Both the position numbers and the translations under genes were made by a program. From assembly GCA_944384425.1 (NCBI GenBank), contig CALWTI010000002.1, forward strand, positions 448-64,447: 64,000 nt of DNA. Reading direction: 5' to 3'. Shown one piece after another: positions 26,736-36,558 of the stretch. This DNA comes from an uncultured Clostridia bacterium (GTDB taxonomy: Bacteria; Bacillota; Clostridia; Christensenellales; UBA1242). Numbering within the stretch: the stretch's first letter is position 1; every line of letters starts with the position of its first letter. The notes below the pieces were generated by a model, which did no database searches, had not been told where the DNA came from, and saw only the letters and a list, made by a program, of their open reading frames with translations.

Positions 26736-27224
26736 CTATTGATGCAAGACAATTTTGCCAGACTTTAAAGTATTTGGCACATCAATAACTCTTTGGTTTG
26801 TTGAGCCAACCCAGTGAGCCTGAGTGTCACGCTTTTCAAGGACAAATTCGCCGTCACACAATACATCGACATACTTTAATATTTCCAAGTCTTTTATGTC
26901 TTCATAGTCATAGCCTGTGTAAAGCCAAATTGTCTTTTTTGGATATTTCTCACGAATCTCTTTCGCAAGGGCGGTGACAGAGTCTATATTTCCTGCAAAA
27001 AGAGGGTCGCCACCAGAAAAAGTTATTCCGCTGACATAGTCTTTGTCCAGCTCGGCAAATATCTCTTTTTTTGCGTCTTCATCAAATGGTATTCCACTTT
27101 TTTCGTCCCAAGTTTGAGGGTTATGGCAACCTTTGCAGTGGTGAGAACAACCAGCCACCCACAAAACTACTCTTAGGCCGTCGCCGTTTAACATATCATC
27201 TTTTGTAATGTTGTGATAGTTCAT
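26736..27224 (-). CDS. nrdG: Anaerobic ribonucleoside-triphosphate reductase activating protein
   Basis: The radical-SAM cluster reads GCSHHCKGCHNPQTW. The gene is directly downstream of nrdD. Confidence 0.92.
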   Translation of the reverse strand: MNYHNITKDDMLNGDGLRVVLWVAGCSHHCKGCHNPQTWDEKSGIPFDEDAKKEIFAELDKDYVSGITFSGGDPLFAGNIDSVTALAKEIREKYPKKTIWLYTGYDYEDIKDLEILKYVDVLCDGEFVLEKRDTQAHWVGSTNQRVIDVPNTLKSGKIVLHQ

Positions 27225-29345
27225 TTACATACTCCGTCTATCTTTAATCTCTGCCATTTTTGCGTCGTTAAGTCTTGAATCTCCTTTGACGCGTGAGTAG
27301 GCGAGATATCCATTCATTCTATCAATTTTGGTTAAGTTCCTGCTTCCGCACTTTGGACAAACATCCATATCAAGTTCTGAGTGTCCACAGTCATCGCAGT
27401 ATGAAAGAGATAGGTTTACTCCTTCATAAAATCCCATGTCCATAGCCCTTTCAACAAGGGTGACAAAAGCCTGTTTGTTGTAGTCGATTGGATATCTTAC
27501 ATATTGAATTTTTCCACCATTAAACAAATTCCAAAATCTGTTTTCTTTGTCCTGCTTTTCAATAGGGGATATATCTTCTGTGACATGACAGTGGAAACTG
27601 TTTGAAACATATGGTCTATCTGAAACGCCTTCAACAACTCCATAAAGTCTTCTGAATTGTTTGACTTGAAGTCCGCACAAGTTTTCTGCTGGCGTTCCAT
27701 AAATTGCGTACAAATATCCGTCTTCTTTTTTGTACTGTGCGATTTTGTCGTTTATGTATTTCATAACTTCAAGTGCAAAAGCTCCATCTTCTTTTAGTGA
27801 CTTGTGGTTGTATAGCATTTGAAGCTCATTAAGTGCTGTTATTCCAAACGAAGCAGTTGCAGTTTTTAAAAGTGGCTTAATTTTTTCGTTGTATTTAAGG
27901 TGTCCGCCATAGAAACCGCCTTCGCAATAGGCAAGTGGGTTGACTGATGCACGCATTTCACCAAGATAGTCATATGTACGCTTGTGGAGATTTCTTATCA
28001 TTTCAAGATAGTAGTCCAAAACTTCATAGAAGTCTTTGTTCTCCTTGCGTGCTTTTGCAAGAATCATAGGAAGGTGCAAACTAACTGCGCCAACGTTGAA
28101 TCTTCCAACATACACTGGCTTGTCGTTTTCGTCTGCTGGTTCCATTCCGCCACGCTCATACCAAGGTGACAAAAAGGCACGGCAACCCATAGGGCTAATC
28201 ACACGGCCATACTTTTTGTATATGCTTGCGACATATCCTTCGCCAGTTAAACTGAGCCAGTCAGGATACATAGTCTTTGATGAACATTCAATTCCTGCAA
28301 GGAAGACATCGTGACAAGGTTTTCCTTCTGCGTGCAAGTTTTTGTCGTAAAGGAAAATGATTTTAGGGAACAAAACTGGCTTTTTGCACTCTTTTTTTCC
28401 TTGTCCATTTTTTCTTACTTCAAGAAGTGTTTTTGCAGCCATTTTACCAAACTCGTCCGTTGCAAGTCCGCAAGTTGTTGCTATGAAAGGATAATCTCCT
28501 CTTGAAGATGCAACTGTGTTGAATTTGTACTCCCAGCCCTGAAAACCTTGTTTCATTTCATACTGAACATCTTTCATTGCTTGGTCATGACTGACTTTTT
28601 CGCTTAGTCCCAAAGAAAGATATTTGTTATACCACTTGTCATATGACTTTTTTGCGTATTTGACCAAAAGCTTGTCGCACTCTGGAATTGTGAAACCGCC
28701 GTATTGTTGACTTGCAGCTGAAAGGACAATATCTCCAATCACGTCGAAGGCAACGTCCAAAGTCTTTGGCTCGTTATACCAAACATTGCCCATTTCAAAA
28801 CCGCCTGACAAAACTTCTTCAACATTGAACAAACAACAGTTCATTGTGTCACGGCGTGCCGACATATCGTGAATATATATGTAACCATCGTTGATTGCTT
28901 GAATTTCGTCTTTGTTCAAAAAGAACTTTTTGTATAGCTCTTTGTTTAACTGATTGAATATAAGACTACGCTTTGTTGAAACAAGAGTTGAATCGCAGTT
29001 TGCGTTCTCCTTGTCTCCAATATACATGATGGCTTGACTTTTTTGGTACACGTCATCAAGCATTGCAACAAAATCTTGTTTGTAGTCACGATAGTCTTTA
29101 TAGCTTTTTGCAACTTTTGGAAAATATGTTTCAAGTGCCTCTTCAACTATGCTGTGCATAGTGAGAATTGGAACTTCGCTTAGTCCCAGTGCCTTGACAT
29201 TTCCGTTCACTCTGTCGCAAATTTTTTTGAGGTCCTCATCGCTAAATTTAACAAGCACTCTGTCTGCCGACTTTGAAATCGCTTTTATGACTTTTTGTAT
29301 GTCATAATCTTCTTTGCTTCCATCTTTTTTAATGACTTGTACCAT
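27225..29345 (-). CDS. nrdD: Anaerobic ribonucleoside-triphosphate reductase
   Basis: The ATP-cone start reads MVQVIKKDGSKEDYD. The C-terminal Zn and glycyl-radical region reads CDDCGH...CPKCGS...RMNGYLAYSR. An RBS AGGAG favours the ATG at 29345 over the track start at 29405. Confidence 0.93.
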   Translation of the reverse strand: MVQVIKKDGSKEDYDIQKVIKAISKSADRVLVKFSDEDLKKICDRVNGNVKALGLSEVPILTMHSIVEEALETYFPKVAKSYKDYRDYKQDFVAMLDDVYQKSQAIMYIGDKENANCDSTLVSTKRSLIFNQLNKELYKKFFLNKDEIQAINDGYIYIHDMSARRDTMNCCLFNVEEVLSGGFEMGNVWYNEPKTLDVAFDVIGDIVLSAASQQYGGFTIPECDKLLVKYAKKSYDKWYNKYLSLGLSEKVSHDQAMKDVQYEMKQGFQGWEYKFNTVASSRGDYPFIATTCGLATDEFGKMAAKTLLEVRKNGQGKKECKKPVLFPKIIFLYDKNLHAEGKPCHDVFLAGIECSSKTMYPDWLSLTGEGYVASIYKKYGRVISPMGCRAFLSPWYERGGMEPADENDKPVYVGRFNVGAVSLHLPMILAKARKENKDFYEVLDYYLEMIRNLHKRTYDYLGEMRASVNPLAYCEGGFYGGHLKYNEKIKPLLKTATASFGITALNELQMLYNHKSLKEDGAFALEVMKYINDKIAQYKKEDGYLYAIYGTPAENLCGLQVKQFRRLYGVVEGVSDRPYVSNSFHCHVTEDISPIEKQDKENRFWNLFNGGKIQYVRYPIDYNKQAFVTLVERAMDMGFYEGVNLSLSYCDDCGHSELDMDVCPKCGSRNLTKIDRMNGYLAYSRVKGDSRLNDAKMAEIKDRRSM

Positions 29346-29368
29346 ATGTAGACTCCTTTTTAATATTT

Positions 29369-29413
29369 CACAATATATTGTGTTTTTGCGATTTTTGTGT
29401 ACCATATATTGAA
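29369..29413. promoter_or_regulatory. Tandem NrdR boxes upstream of nrdD
   Basis: Box 1 is CACAATATATTGTG (29369..29382, a perfect palindrome). Box 2 is TACCATATATTGAA (29400..29413). The centres are 31 bp apart, which is the usual NrdR-box phasing. Confidence 0.65.
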
Positions 29414-29630
29414 AATATAACCCGATAATACCACATAAAAACCGTTACTTGCAAACGTTTTTGTGAAAAATATTTATGAGTTTTTTTGCTTATTTATGCA
29501 AGGTAAAATAACATAAAACAATGATGTTATTAAAGCAAAACAAAAAAAGAAAATTATTTAAAAATAGTTTTCAATCGCAAAATATTTTGGTATTTTTATT
29601 ATAGAGAAAAATCAAGAAAGAGAGGGAATA

Positions 29631-29945
29631 ATGACAAAAGAAGAAAGATTAAAACTATACGACGAGGCGACAGAGCAGTGGGGACTTGTTGCACAATATG
29701 ACCAATGTATTGAAGAAATGGCAGAACTTATTGTCGCAATAAACAAGTACAAACGAAAAGTGTTGTATGGCGAGTATAAAGATAAAGACATTGAAGCAAG
29801 TGTTGCCGAAGAACTTGCAGACGTGAGTATGTGTATCGAGCAGTTGACAACTTTTTTCAAAAGTTATGATATAGACCAAATATTAGACAAAAAACTTGAA
29901 AAATTAAAATGCGAAATTGAATATATGAAAAATAAAGCAAAATAA
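29631..29945 (+). CDS. MazG-like all-alpha nucleotide pyrophosphohydrolase (small form)
   Basis: The 104 aa ORF carries the E-x-x-E...E-x-x-D pattern (CIEEMAELI ... VAEELADV). Confidence 0.6.
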   Translation: MTKEERLKLYDEATEQWGLVAQYDQCIEEMAELIVAINKYKRKVLYGEYKDKDIEASVAEELADVSMCIEQLTTFFKSYDIDQILDKKLEKLKCEIEYMKNKAK

Positions 29946-30025
29946 AAAAGCGTTATACAATATAGTGTAAAACGCAAAAAAGAAAAAGTTTAGTTTCTAT
30001 GTAAAAATTTTTGAGAAAAATGTTT

Positions 30026-30601
30026 TTAAATTATATTTTCAGTTTTTAAAATTTCATATAGTTTGTGAGTAGGAAGTCCAATTATTGTGGACAGATTGCC
30101 ACAAACTTTTTTTATAAACACATTGCTTATACCTTGAACGGCGTATGAACCTGCTTTGTCTTTGTATTCGTCAAAACTAAGATACCAATCAATGTCTTTT
30201 TGACTAAGTTTTGCAAACTTGACCTTGCTGACATCGTGCGTAACATACTTTTTAATTTGTCCATTTTTTTGAACGATGACACAAAGACCGGTGTAAACTT
30301 TGTGCCAGTGAGAAGAAAGAAGTTTTAGCATTTTTTCAGCTTCACTAGGGCTATGAGGCTTACCAAGTCTTTTGCCTTTTAGTGTCACCATACAGTCACT
30401 GCCAATAACCAATCTGTCTCCACTTGTTTTATCAAAAACTTCTTGCGCTTTTTGAAGAGAAAGGCTTTCGCAAAGTTTGGACATACTCATCTTTTGAGTC
30501 ATGTCCTCTTCTTTTGTTGGAACAATAACTTCAAACTCCTTGACCATTTGAGAAACAAGAGTTTGTCTCCTTGGTGACGATGAAGCAAGAATAACTTTCA
30601 T
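30026..30601 (-). CDS. maf: Maf-like nucleoside triphosphate pyrophosphatase
   Basis: MKVILASSSPRRQTL, IGSDCMV and AGSYAVQG are present. Confidence 0.9.
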   Translation of the reverse strand: MKVILASSSPRRQTLVSQMVKEFEVIVPTKEEDMTQKMSMSKLCESLSLQKAQEVFDKTSGDRLVIGSDCMVTLKGKRLGKPHSPSEAEKMLKLLSSHWHKVYTGLCVIVQKNGQIKKYVTHDVSKVKFAKLSQKDIDWYLSFDEYKDKAGSYAVQGISNVFIKKVCGNLSTIIGLPTHKLYEILKTENII

Positions 30602-30657
30602 ATTTTCTCCTTTGAATAAAGATATATTAAATGTTTTTATGGCTTTTGTAAATAGTT

Positions 30658-31107
30658 TTAATTTTCTATATCAAATAAGTTGATAACATTTAGTCCTTTT
30701 TTCTCGGCGTATTTCATTATGCTTTTTGCTCCACTGTTTGACAAATTGTTGTCAACATAGCAAATAAGGGTATCACATTCGTCAATCATTTTTTTATTGC
30801 TGTATGTTATTCTTCGTTTAAAAAATATATCTTCTATTTCATACATTAAAGTTTTCACATCGCTATACGGCACATACTCATGAAATTTTTTTATTTTTCC
30901 AAGGCTGGTAATAACAACTTCAATTTGAATTTGTTTATAAATTGTTTTAAGTTTTCTTAAAACTTTCAAAACAAGTTCGTCAAATTGTCCATGAGAACCG
31001 ACAATAAAAGAAAGACAACCACATTTGATTTGTTTTTCTATTGCCTTTTCTAAACATTCGTCAATATTTTTTAAAAGTATCCTATGTCCTATAAAAGTTG
31101 TTTTCAT
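30658..31107 (-). CDS. SLOG-fold DUF1273/YpsA-like protein (cassette A)
   Basis: The sequence reads MKTTFIGHRIL...CLSFIVGSHGQFDELVLKVLRKLK...IEVVITS...CDTLICYVDNNLSNSGAKSIMKYAEKKG. I placed the start at the ATG at 31107 so that both operator-like repeats fall in the intergenic region. The start is uncertain. Confidence 0.6.
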   Translation of the reverse strand: MKTTFIGHRILLKNIDECLEKAIEKQIKCGCLSFIVGSHGQFDELVLKVLRKLKTIYKQIQIEVVITSLGKIKKFHEYVPYSDVKTLMYEIEDIFFKRRITYSNKKMIDECDTLICYVDNNLSNSGAKSIMKYAEKKGLNVINLFDIEN

Positions 31108-31111
31108 AATT

Positions 31112-31229
31112 TTTACGGTTGTAATTAAACCCATAATATCAGTTTTTTCAAAATAAAGCAACTTTACGGTTGTAATTATGTCCTTATGTCAAAAATTTTC
31201 TTTGTTAGTATGTAGTTGTATTTACAACC
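31112..31229. promoter_or_regulatory. Operator-like repeats in the divergent SLOG/XRE intergenic region
   Basis: TTTACGGTTGTAATTA occurs at 31112..31127 and again at 31163..31178. An inverted GGTTGTAA core (TTACAACC) lies at 31222..31229. Confidence 0.45.
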
Positions 31230-31242
31230 ATAAGGAGATTTT

Positions 31243-31485
31243 ATGAAAATAAGTTCGGCAGTCGCTAAAAGGTTAAGCGACATATTACGACAAAGGAATA
31301 TGTCATTTTATAGGTTAGAAAAGATTACCTTAATACCTCACAATACAATGAAGACACTAATGAGAGAATCAAATAAAGGTGTGAACTTAAAAACGGTTAT
31401 GCAAATTTCGAGAGGACTAAATATGTCTTTAAAAGATTTTTTTGATGACCCAATTTTTGAAAGTGACGACCTAGAAATTGAGTAA
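31243..31485 (+). CDS. XRE-family HTH transcriptional regulator
   Basis: The 80 aa ORF reads VAKRLSDILRQRNMSFYRLEKITLIPHNTMKTLM. An RBS AAGGAG is present. Confidence 0.8.
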   Translation: MKISSAVAKRLSDILRQRNMSFYRLEKITLIPHNTMKTLMRESNKGVNLKTVMQISRGLNMSLKDFFDDPIFESDDLEIE

Positions 31486-31502
31486 AAGAGATGGGAAAAT
31501 AA

Positions 31503-31835
31503 ATGAAAGATATTAAACAAAATAGGCAATTTTTGATAAACAGACTTGGACAACTGAGAAACAGAGCGGGGCTTTCGGCACGAGAACTATCTGGACAAAT
31601 GGGAAAATCTGACGCATATATTGCAAAATTTGAAAATGGAGATTTTTCAATTCCTGTTGAAGTTCTTTTTGATGCAGTAGAGATTTGTAATAGTAGCATG
31701 GAAGAATTTTTTTGGAGTGACATTGAAAAGTACTCAGAACAAAAACAATTATTGTCAATATACGAAAGCTTGTCAGATGAAAGTAAAAAGGTTTTATGGA
31801 ATTTAATTAAAAATTTAAAACAATTCAAAAATTAG
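31503..31835 (+). CDS. XRE-family HTH transcriptional regulator, paralog of 51882..52199
   Basis: NRLGQLRNRAGLSARELSGQMGKSDAYIAKFENG is present. The C-terminal region ...LSIYESLSDESKKVLWNLIKNLK aligns with ...LELYHSLSSENKQIVLDLMKKLK of the other copy. Confidence 0.8.
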   Translation: MKDIKQNRQFLINRLGQLRNRAGLSARELSGQMGKSDAYIAKFENGDFSIPVEVLFDAVEICNSSMEEFFWSDIEKYSEQKQLLSIYESLSDESKKVLWNLIKNLKQFKN

Positions 31836-31868
31836 CACTCTAAGGCTTAAAAAGTTAGCACTAAACAC

Positions 31869-31897
31869 TTGACATTGCTAATACAATGTGATATAAC
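31869..31897 (+). promoter_or_regulatory. Putative sigma-A promoter of clpB
   Basis: TTGACA (31869..31874), a 17 nt spacer and TATAAC (31892..31897) are present. An extended -10 TG lies at 31889..31890. Confidence 0.6.
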
Positions 31898-31955
31898 GCA
31901 CCTGTAATTTGTATAATTGGATATAATAACATTGTACAAATAAAAGGAGAATGAT

Positions 31956-34523
31956 ATGAATTTAAATAACTACACACAAAGCAGTGTCAATATACTTAAC
32001 TCTGCGCAAAGTTTAGCGCAACAGTTACAAAATTCACAACTTGAGCCAGAGCATATCGTTTACGAAATGCTTGCTCAGCGTACACTTATTTATGACATAT
32101 TAAAAAAGATGGATGTTGATGTCACTCGTCTTCAAAGCGATGTCAAAAACATACTTGACGGAATGTCAAAAGTGAGTGGACAAGGTGAAGTCTATGCATC
32201 AAGCACTCTTGTCAAAGTGCTTAATTTTGCCGAGCAAACTGCAAAAAATATGAAAGATGAATATGTTTCGCTTGAACATATATTTTTGGGAGTGCTAGAA
32301 AATTTGACTGGAAAACTCAAAGATGTTTTCAAAGCGCACAACATAAACAAAAATAATTTTATCAAGCAGTTGTCACAAGTTCGTGGCAATCAGCGTGTCA
32401 CAACCGACAATCCAGAAGACACATACAGTGTTCTTGAAAAATACGGAACAGAACTTGTCGCCCTTGCAAAAGAGCAAAAAATTGACCCAGTCATTGGCAG
32501 GGACAACGAGATAAGGAATACCATTCGTATTCTTTCAAGAAAGACCAAAAACAATCCAGTGCTTATTGGTGAGGCAGGTGTCGGAAAAACTGCAATTGTT
32601 GAAGGGCTTGCAATAAGAATTGCTAACGGCGATGTTCCAAACTCATTGAGAAACAGAAAAATATTCTCACTAGATATGGGCTCACTTGTTGCTGGTGCAA
32701 AGTATAGAGGTGAGTTTGAAGAAAGACTAAAAGCAGTTTTAAACGAAATAAAGAAGTCGGAAGGCGAGATAATAATGTTCATAGATGAACTTCACACCAT
32801 TGTTGGCGCTGGTAAGACCGAGGGCGCAATGGACGCAGGCAACCTTTTAAAGCCAATGCTTGCGCGTGGTGAACTTCACTGTATAGGAGCAACAACTCTT
32901 GACGAATACCATAAATACATTGAAAAAGACCCAGCACTTGAGCGTCGTTTTCAACCTGTTATGGTAGACGAGCCAAGTGTTGAAGATACCATTGCAATAC
33001 TTCGTGGACTCAAAGAGAGATACGAGGTGTTCCATGGCGTCAAAATAAGCGACGGTGCGTTAATTTCTGCTGCAACTCTTTCAAACAGGTACATCACCGA
33101 CAGATTTTTGCCAGATAAGGCTATTGACCTTGTCGATGAAGCTTGTGCAATGGTTAAGAGCGAAATAGACAGTATGCCAACAGAGATGGACGACATTCGA
33201 CACAAACTAATCAAGCTTGAAATTGAGCGTGAAGCACTTAAAAAAGAAACAGACAAACTTTCAAAAGAACATCTTGAAACAATAAACAAACAACACGCAG
33301 AACTCAAAAGCCAGTTTGATGCACTTTCTGCAAAGTGGCAAAATGAGAAAAAGAACATTGACGAGATAAACAGCGTCAAGGCAGACATTGAAAAAACCAA
33401 TGGAGAAATAGAGCGTGCAGAAAGAGAGTATGATTTAAACAAAGCGGCAATGCTTAAATATGACAAACTTCCAAAACTTCAACAAAAGTTATCTGAACTT
33501 GAAAAAAATGAAGATAACAGTATGTTAAAAAGTAAAGTCACTGAAGAAGAGATTGCACAAATTGTCAGCCGTTGGACACAAATCCCACTAACAAAACTTC
33601 TTCAAAGCGACAAAGACAAACTTTTGAATATGGAAAGCGAACTTCATAAACGCATAATCGGACAAGACGAAGCAGTCAAAAAAGTTTGCGACGCAATACT
33701 TAGGTCAAGGGCAGGAATTAGTGATCCAAACAGACCAATCGGTTCGTTTATGTTCCTTGGGCCAACAGGTGTTGGTAAGACTGAGTTATGCAAAGCACTT
33801 TGCGAAAATCTTTTTGATACCGAAAAGAACTTAATTAGAATAGATATGTCGGAATACATGGAAAAGTATTCTGTATCTCGTCTTCTTGGTGCGCCACCAG
33901 GATATGTTGGTTATGAAGAAGGCGGACAACTCACTGAGCAGGTGAGAAGAAAACCATACAGCGTCATACTTTTTGATGAGATTGAAAAGGCACACAAAGA
34001 TGTGTTTAATGTTCTGCTCCAAATTCTTGATGACGGAAGAGTCACAGACGGACAAGGAAGAACAGTTGACTTCAAAAACACAATAATCATTTTGACGTCA
34101 AACCTTGGTGCTGACGAAATTATGCAAGGAATTCAAAGGGATGGCACGCTTAGTGAGAAGTGTATTGAAAATGTCAACACACTTTTAAAGGGATATTTTA
34201 GACCTGAATTTTTGAACAGACTTGATGAAATAATATTCTTTAAACCACTCACAAAAGACCAGATAGGTAAAATCGTTGACCTTCAACTTGACAAACTTGC
34301 ACAGCGTCTTATGGATAGACAACTTAAACTTGTTGTGACAAATAAGGCAAAAGACTTTATTATCGACCAAGGCTATGACATTAGCTATGGAGCAAGACCA
34401 CTAAAAAGATATATTCAAAACAACATTGAAACGCTTGTTGCAAAATATATGCTCTCTAGCGACCTTGCACCAGAAAGCACTGTTACAGTTGATGCTGATG
34501 ATGACGGAATTAAGGTATATTAA
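31956..34523 (+). CDS. clpB: ATP-dependent chaperone ClpB
   Basis: The 855 aa ORF has two AAA+ modules (GEAGVGKTAIVEGLA and GPTGVGKTELCKAL) separated by a coiled-coil middle domain. Confidence 0.96.
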   Translation: MNLNNYTQSSVNILNSAQSLAQQLQNSQLEPEHIVYEMLAQRTLIYDILKKMDVDVTRLQSDVKNILDGMSKVSGQGEVYASSTLVKVLNFAEQTAKNMKDEYVSLEHIFLGVLENLTGKLKDVFKAHNINKNNFIKQLSQVRGNQRVTTDNPEDTYSVLEKYGTELVALAKEQKIDPVIGRDNEIRNTIRILSRKTKNNPVLIGEAGVGKTAIVEGLAIRIANGDVPNSLRNRKIFSLDMGSLVAGAKYRGEFEERLKAVLNEIKKSEGEIIMFIDELHTIVGAGKTEGAMDAGNLLKPMLARGELHCIGATTLDEYHKYIEKDPALERRFQPVMVDEPSVEDTIAILRGLKERYEVFHGVKISDGALISAATLSNRYITDRFLPDKAIDLVDEACAMVKSEIDSMPTEMDDIRHKLIKLEIEREALKKETDKLSKEHLETINKQHAELKSQFDALSAKWQNEKKNIDEINSVKADIEKTNGEIERAEREYDLNKAAMLKYDKLPKLQQKLSELEKNEDNSMLKSKVTEEEIAQIVSRWTQIPLTKLLQSDKDKLLNMESELHKRIIGQDEAVKKVCDAILRSRAGISDPNRPIGSFMFLGPTGVGKTELCKALCENLFDTEKNLIRIDMSEYMEKYSVSRLLGAPPGYVGYEEGGQLTEQVRRKPYSVILFDEIEKAHKDVFNVLLQILDDGRVTDGQGRTVDFKNTIIILTSNLGADEIMQGIQRDGTLSEKCIENVNTLLKGYFRPEFLNRLDEIIFFKPLTKDQIGKIVDLQLDKLAQRLMDRQLKLVVTNKAKDFIIDQGYDISYGARPLKRYIQNNIETLVAKYMLSSDLAPESTVTVDADDDGIKVY

Positions 34524-34558
34524 AGAAAATATTGACGCTCACGCAAACGATGTTTGCA

Positions 34559-34595
34559 ATATGCGAAAGCGAAATGCTTTCGCATATTTTTTTTG
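34559..34595 (+). terminator. Rho-independent terminator of clpB
   Basis: The hairpin ATATGCGAAAGC-GAAAT-GCTTTCGCATAT is followed by T8. Confidence 0.75.
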
Positions 34596-34707
34596 CTTTC
34601 GGCAAAAAAGCGAGCGTCAGCGCTTTACCATATACAACAGCTATTAAATATAGTTGACAATATTATTAAATTGAAATAATCTAAAAATGATAAAAAAGGG
34701 GAAAATT

Positions 34708-36450
34708 ATGAGAGTAAAAAAAATAAGTTTTTTAATGGCGTTTTTTCTATGCTTTACATTTATGTTTTCAGGGTGTGGATACAACGCACAAGAGAAACTG
34801 GACGGTATGATACAAACAAGTTACACTGAGATTGATGATGTACTATGTCCAATTTACGACAGTATTGTTACAGATGTTCTTGGAAAAGTCTATGACCAAG
34901 GCAAAGATTATGTAGCTTATCATATGTGGGACCTTGGAGAGATACAAAATGACGGAATAAAAGACTTAAAGCTTGCAATGTTTTATCAAAAAGACGGAGC
35001 TCAATACTATATTGTTTACGATGTTACATTAAACAAAACTATTAAAATAAAAAAACTTTTATCAACATCAATACAAAGTGACGACTATGTTTTTGAACCA
35101 ATATATGTCTACAATTTTCAACAAGACAATTATTCAAAAGAAGGCACAGAGAGAATAGAAAAATCTTCTTTTCTTTCTCAAACATTAAACGCAAAAACAA
35201 ATACAGGGTTTGGTAACCTTCCAGAAAGTTTAAATGGTGGAAAACTTGAATTTGGCGAAACGCTCACACTTCCAATTCCAGAGCTTCCAGAAGGAGATTA
35301 TGGTTATAGCGTTGACTATCGAGGTCCAGTCGGAGGTTTAATCACAAAAGAGATATTCCAGCCAAAGAGAGAGGGAACATACACAATAGTTTATTCTCTC
35401 TATCAAACTTCAAACCCAACCGAAGTTGTTGACCAAAAAGAGTTCACTCTTGAAGTCAAGGACACAACAAACCCAACAGTTCGTGTTGAATGGGACCTTG
35501 ACGCTTCATATAAAAAAGGTGAAAGTGTTATCATACCAATATTTACAGCAGAGGATTATTCTGGTATCAATCTTGATGACTCATCAATCGTCATTTTTTC
35601 AGAAAGTTCAAGAAGAACAATAAATGGCTACGAAATGGCGACTGAATTTGAAAAAGGAGAAAACGGTGCTTTGTATGTTCCACTAAACTATAACGAAGTT
35701 TACACAGTAACATACACAGTTTATGACAATTCAATAGCTCAAAATTCAACAATAATTACAAAGACAATAAATGTTGGTGACCTTGTCGACCCAACCATCA
35801 CACTTTTAGACAACTTTATCCCATCAAATGTAAAGATTGACACAACATTGACGCTTAACATCGCTGGAACGAAAGTGACAGACATAAACGGCGATGGTGA
35901 GTTCGTTGAGTTTACAGAAGACCAAAAAAAAGATAGAATTAGTATCAAAGTCGTTGGTCCAAACAATGAAACACTTAAAAACTTGAATGTCGACGAGAAT
36001 AATGTTGTCATTAAAAATGGCGTATTTAAGTATAATATTGATGCTTTTGGAACATATACAGTTACAATCAGCTTCCAAGATGACGCAGGAAGAACAGGGG
36101 AAGTAACAAGGACATTTATAGTAGCAGAGAATACGCCAAGTGGCATAAACTCATATGCAGAGCAAATCATAGACTATATTGATGACGGCACAAGACTTGC
36201 AAAAATTGATGTTAAAAATGTAATTGCATTAAATATAGTCGAAGATTTGGGTACAATATCAATAGAAAACGAAGAGAGAAGGTGTTTAAGAGTTGTTTCG
36301 TTTTCAACAAAGGGAATTCGTGATTATGTTGTTCATATTCCAAATGTTTCAGATTCTCAAATATCAGACTGTATAGAACAAAATAATGTGGTCTTGTACC
36401 ATATTTACAAAGAGTATAATTTTTCAAAAAATGTCATAGGCTGGTTGTAA
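34708..36450 (+). CDS. Hypothetical lipoprotein, probably with Ig-like repeats
   Basis: The lipobox is in MRVKKISFLMAFFLCFTFMFSGCG. An RBS AAGGGGA precedes the ATG at 34708. The large beta-rich extracellular part was not assigned to a family. Confidence 0.65.
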   Translation: MRVKKISFLMAFFLCFTFMFSGCGYNAQEKLDGMIQTSYTEIDDVLCPIYDSIVTDVLGKVYDQGKDYVAYHMWDLGEIQNDGIKDLKLAMFYQKDGAQYYIVYDVTLNKTIKIKKLLSTSIQSDDYVFEPIYVYNFQQDNYSKEGTERIEKSSFLSQTLNAKTNTGFGNLPESLNGGKLEFGETLTLPIPELPEGDYGYSVDYRGPVGGLITKEIFQPKREGTYTIVYSLYQTSNPTEVVDQKEFTLEVKDTTNPTVRVEWDLDASYKKGESVIIPIFTAEDYSGINLDDSSIVIFSESSRRTINGYEMATEFEKGENGALYVPLNYNEVYTVTYTVYDNSIAQNSTIITKTINVGDLVDPTITLLDNFIPSNVKIDTTLTLNIAGTKVTDINGDGEFVEFTEDQKKDRISIKVVGPNNETLKNLNVDENNVVIKNGVFKYNIDAFGTYTVTISFQDDAGRTGEVTRTFIVAENTPSGINSYAEQIIDYIDDGTRLAKIDVKNVIALNIVEDLGTISIENEERRCLRVVSFSTKGIRDYVVHIPNVSDSQISDCIEQNNVVLYHIYKEYNFSKNVIGWL

Positions 36451-36558
36451 AAAAAAATTGAAAAATTAGGAGAACATAAAAGTTGTCCTAATTTTTTATT
36501 TTTATAATGCTTGAAAAAAAGTCTTGCGTAATATATACTTAAAATAAGTAGGATAAAA

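Noticed and set aside
31832-31863. A canonical CIRCE (HrcA) operator upstream of clpB
   Set aside because: Only the half-site TTAGCACT is present, twice in direct orientation. The inverted partner GAGTGCTAA is missing. I report it as an oddity, not as CIRCE.
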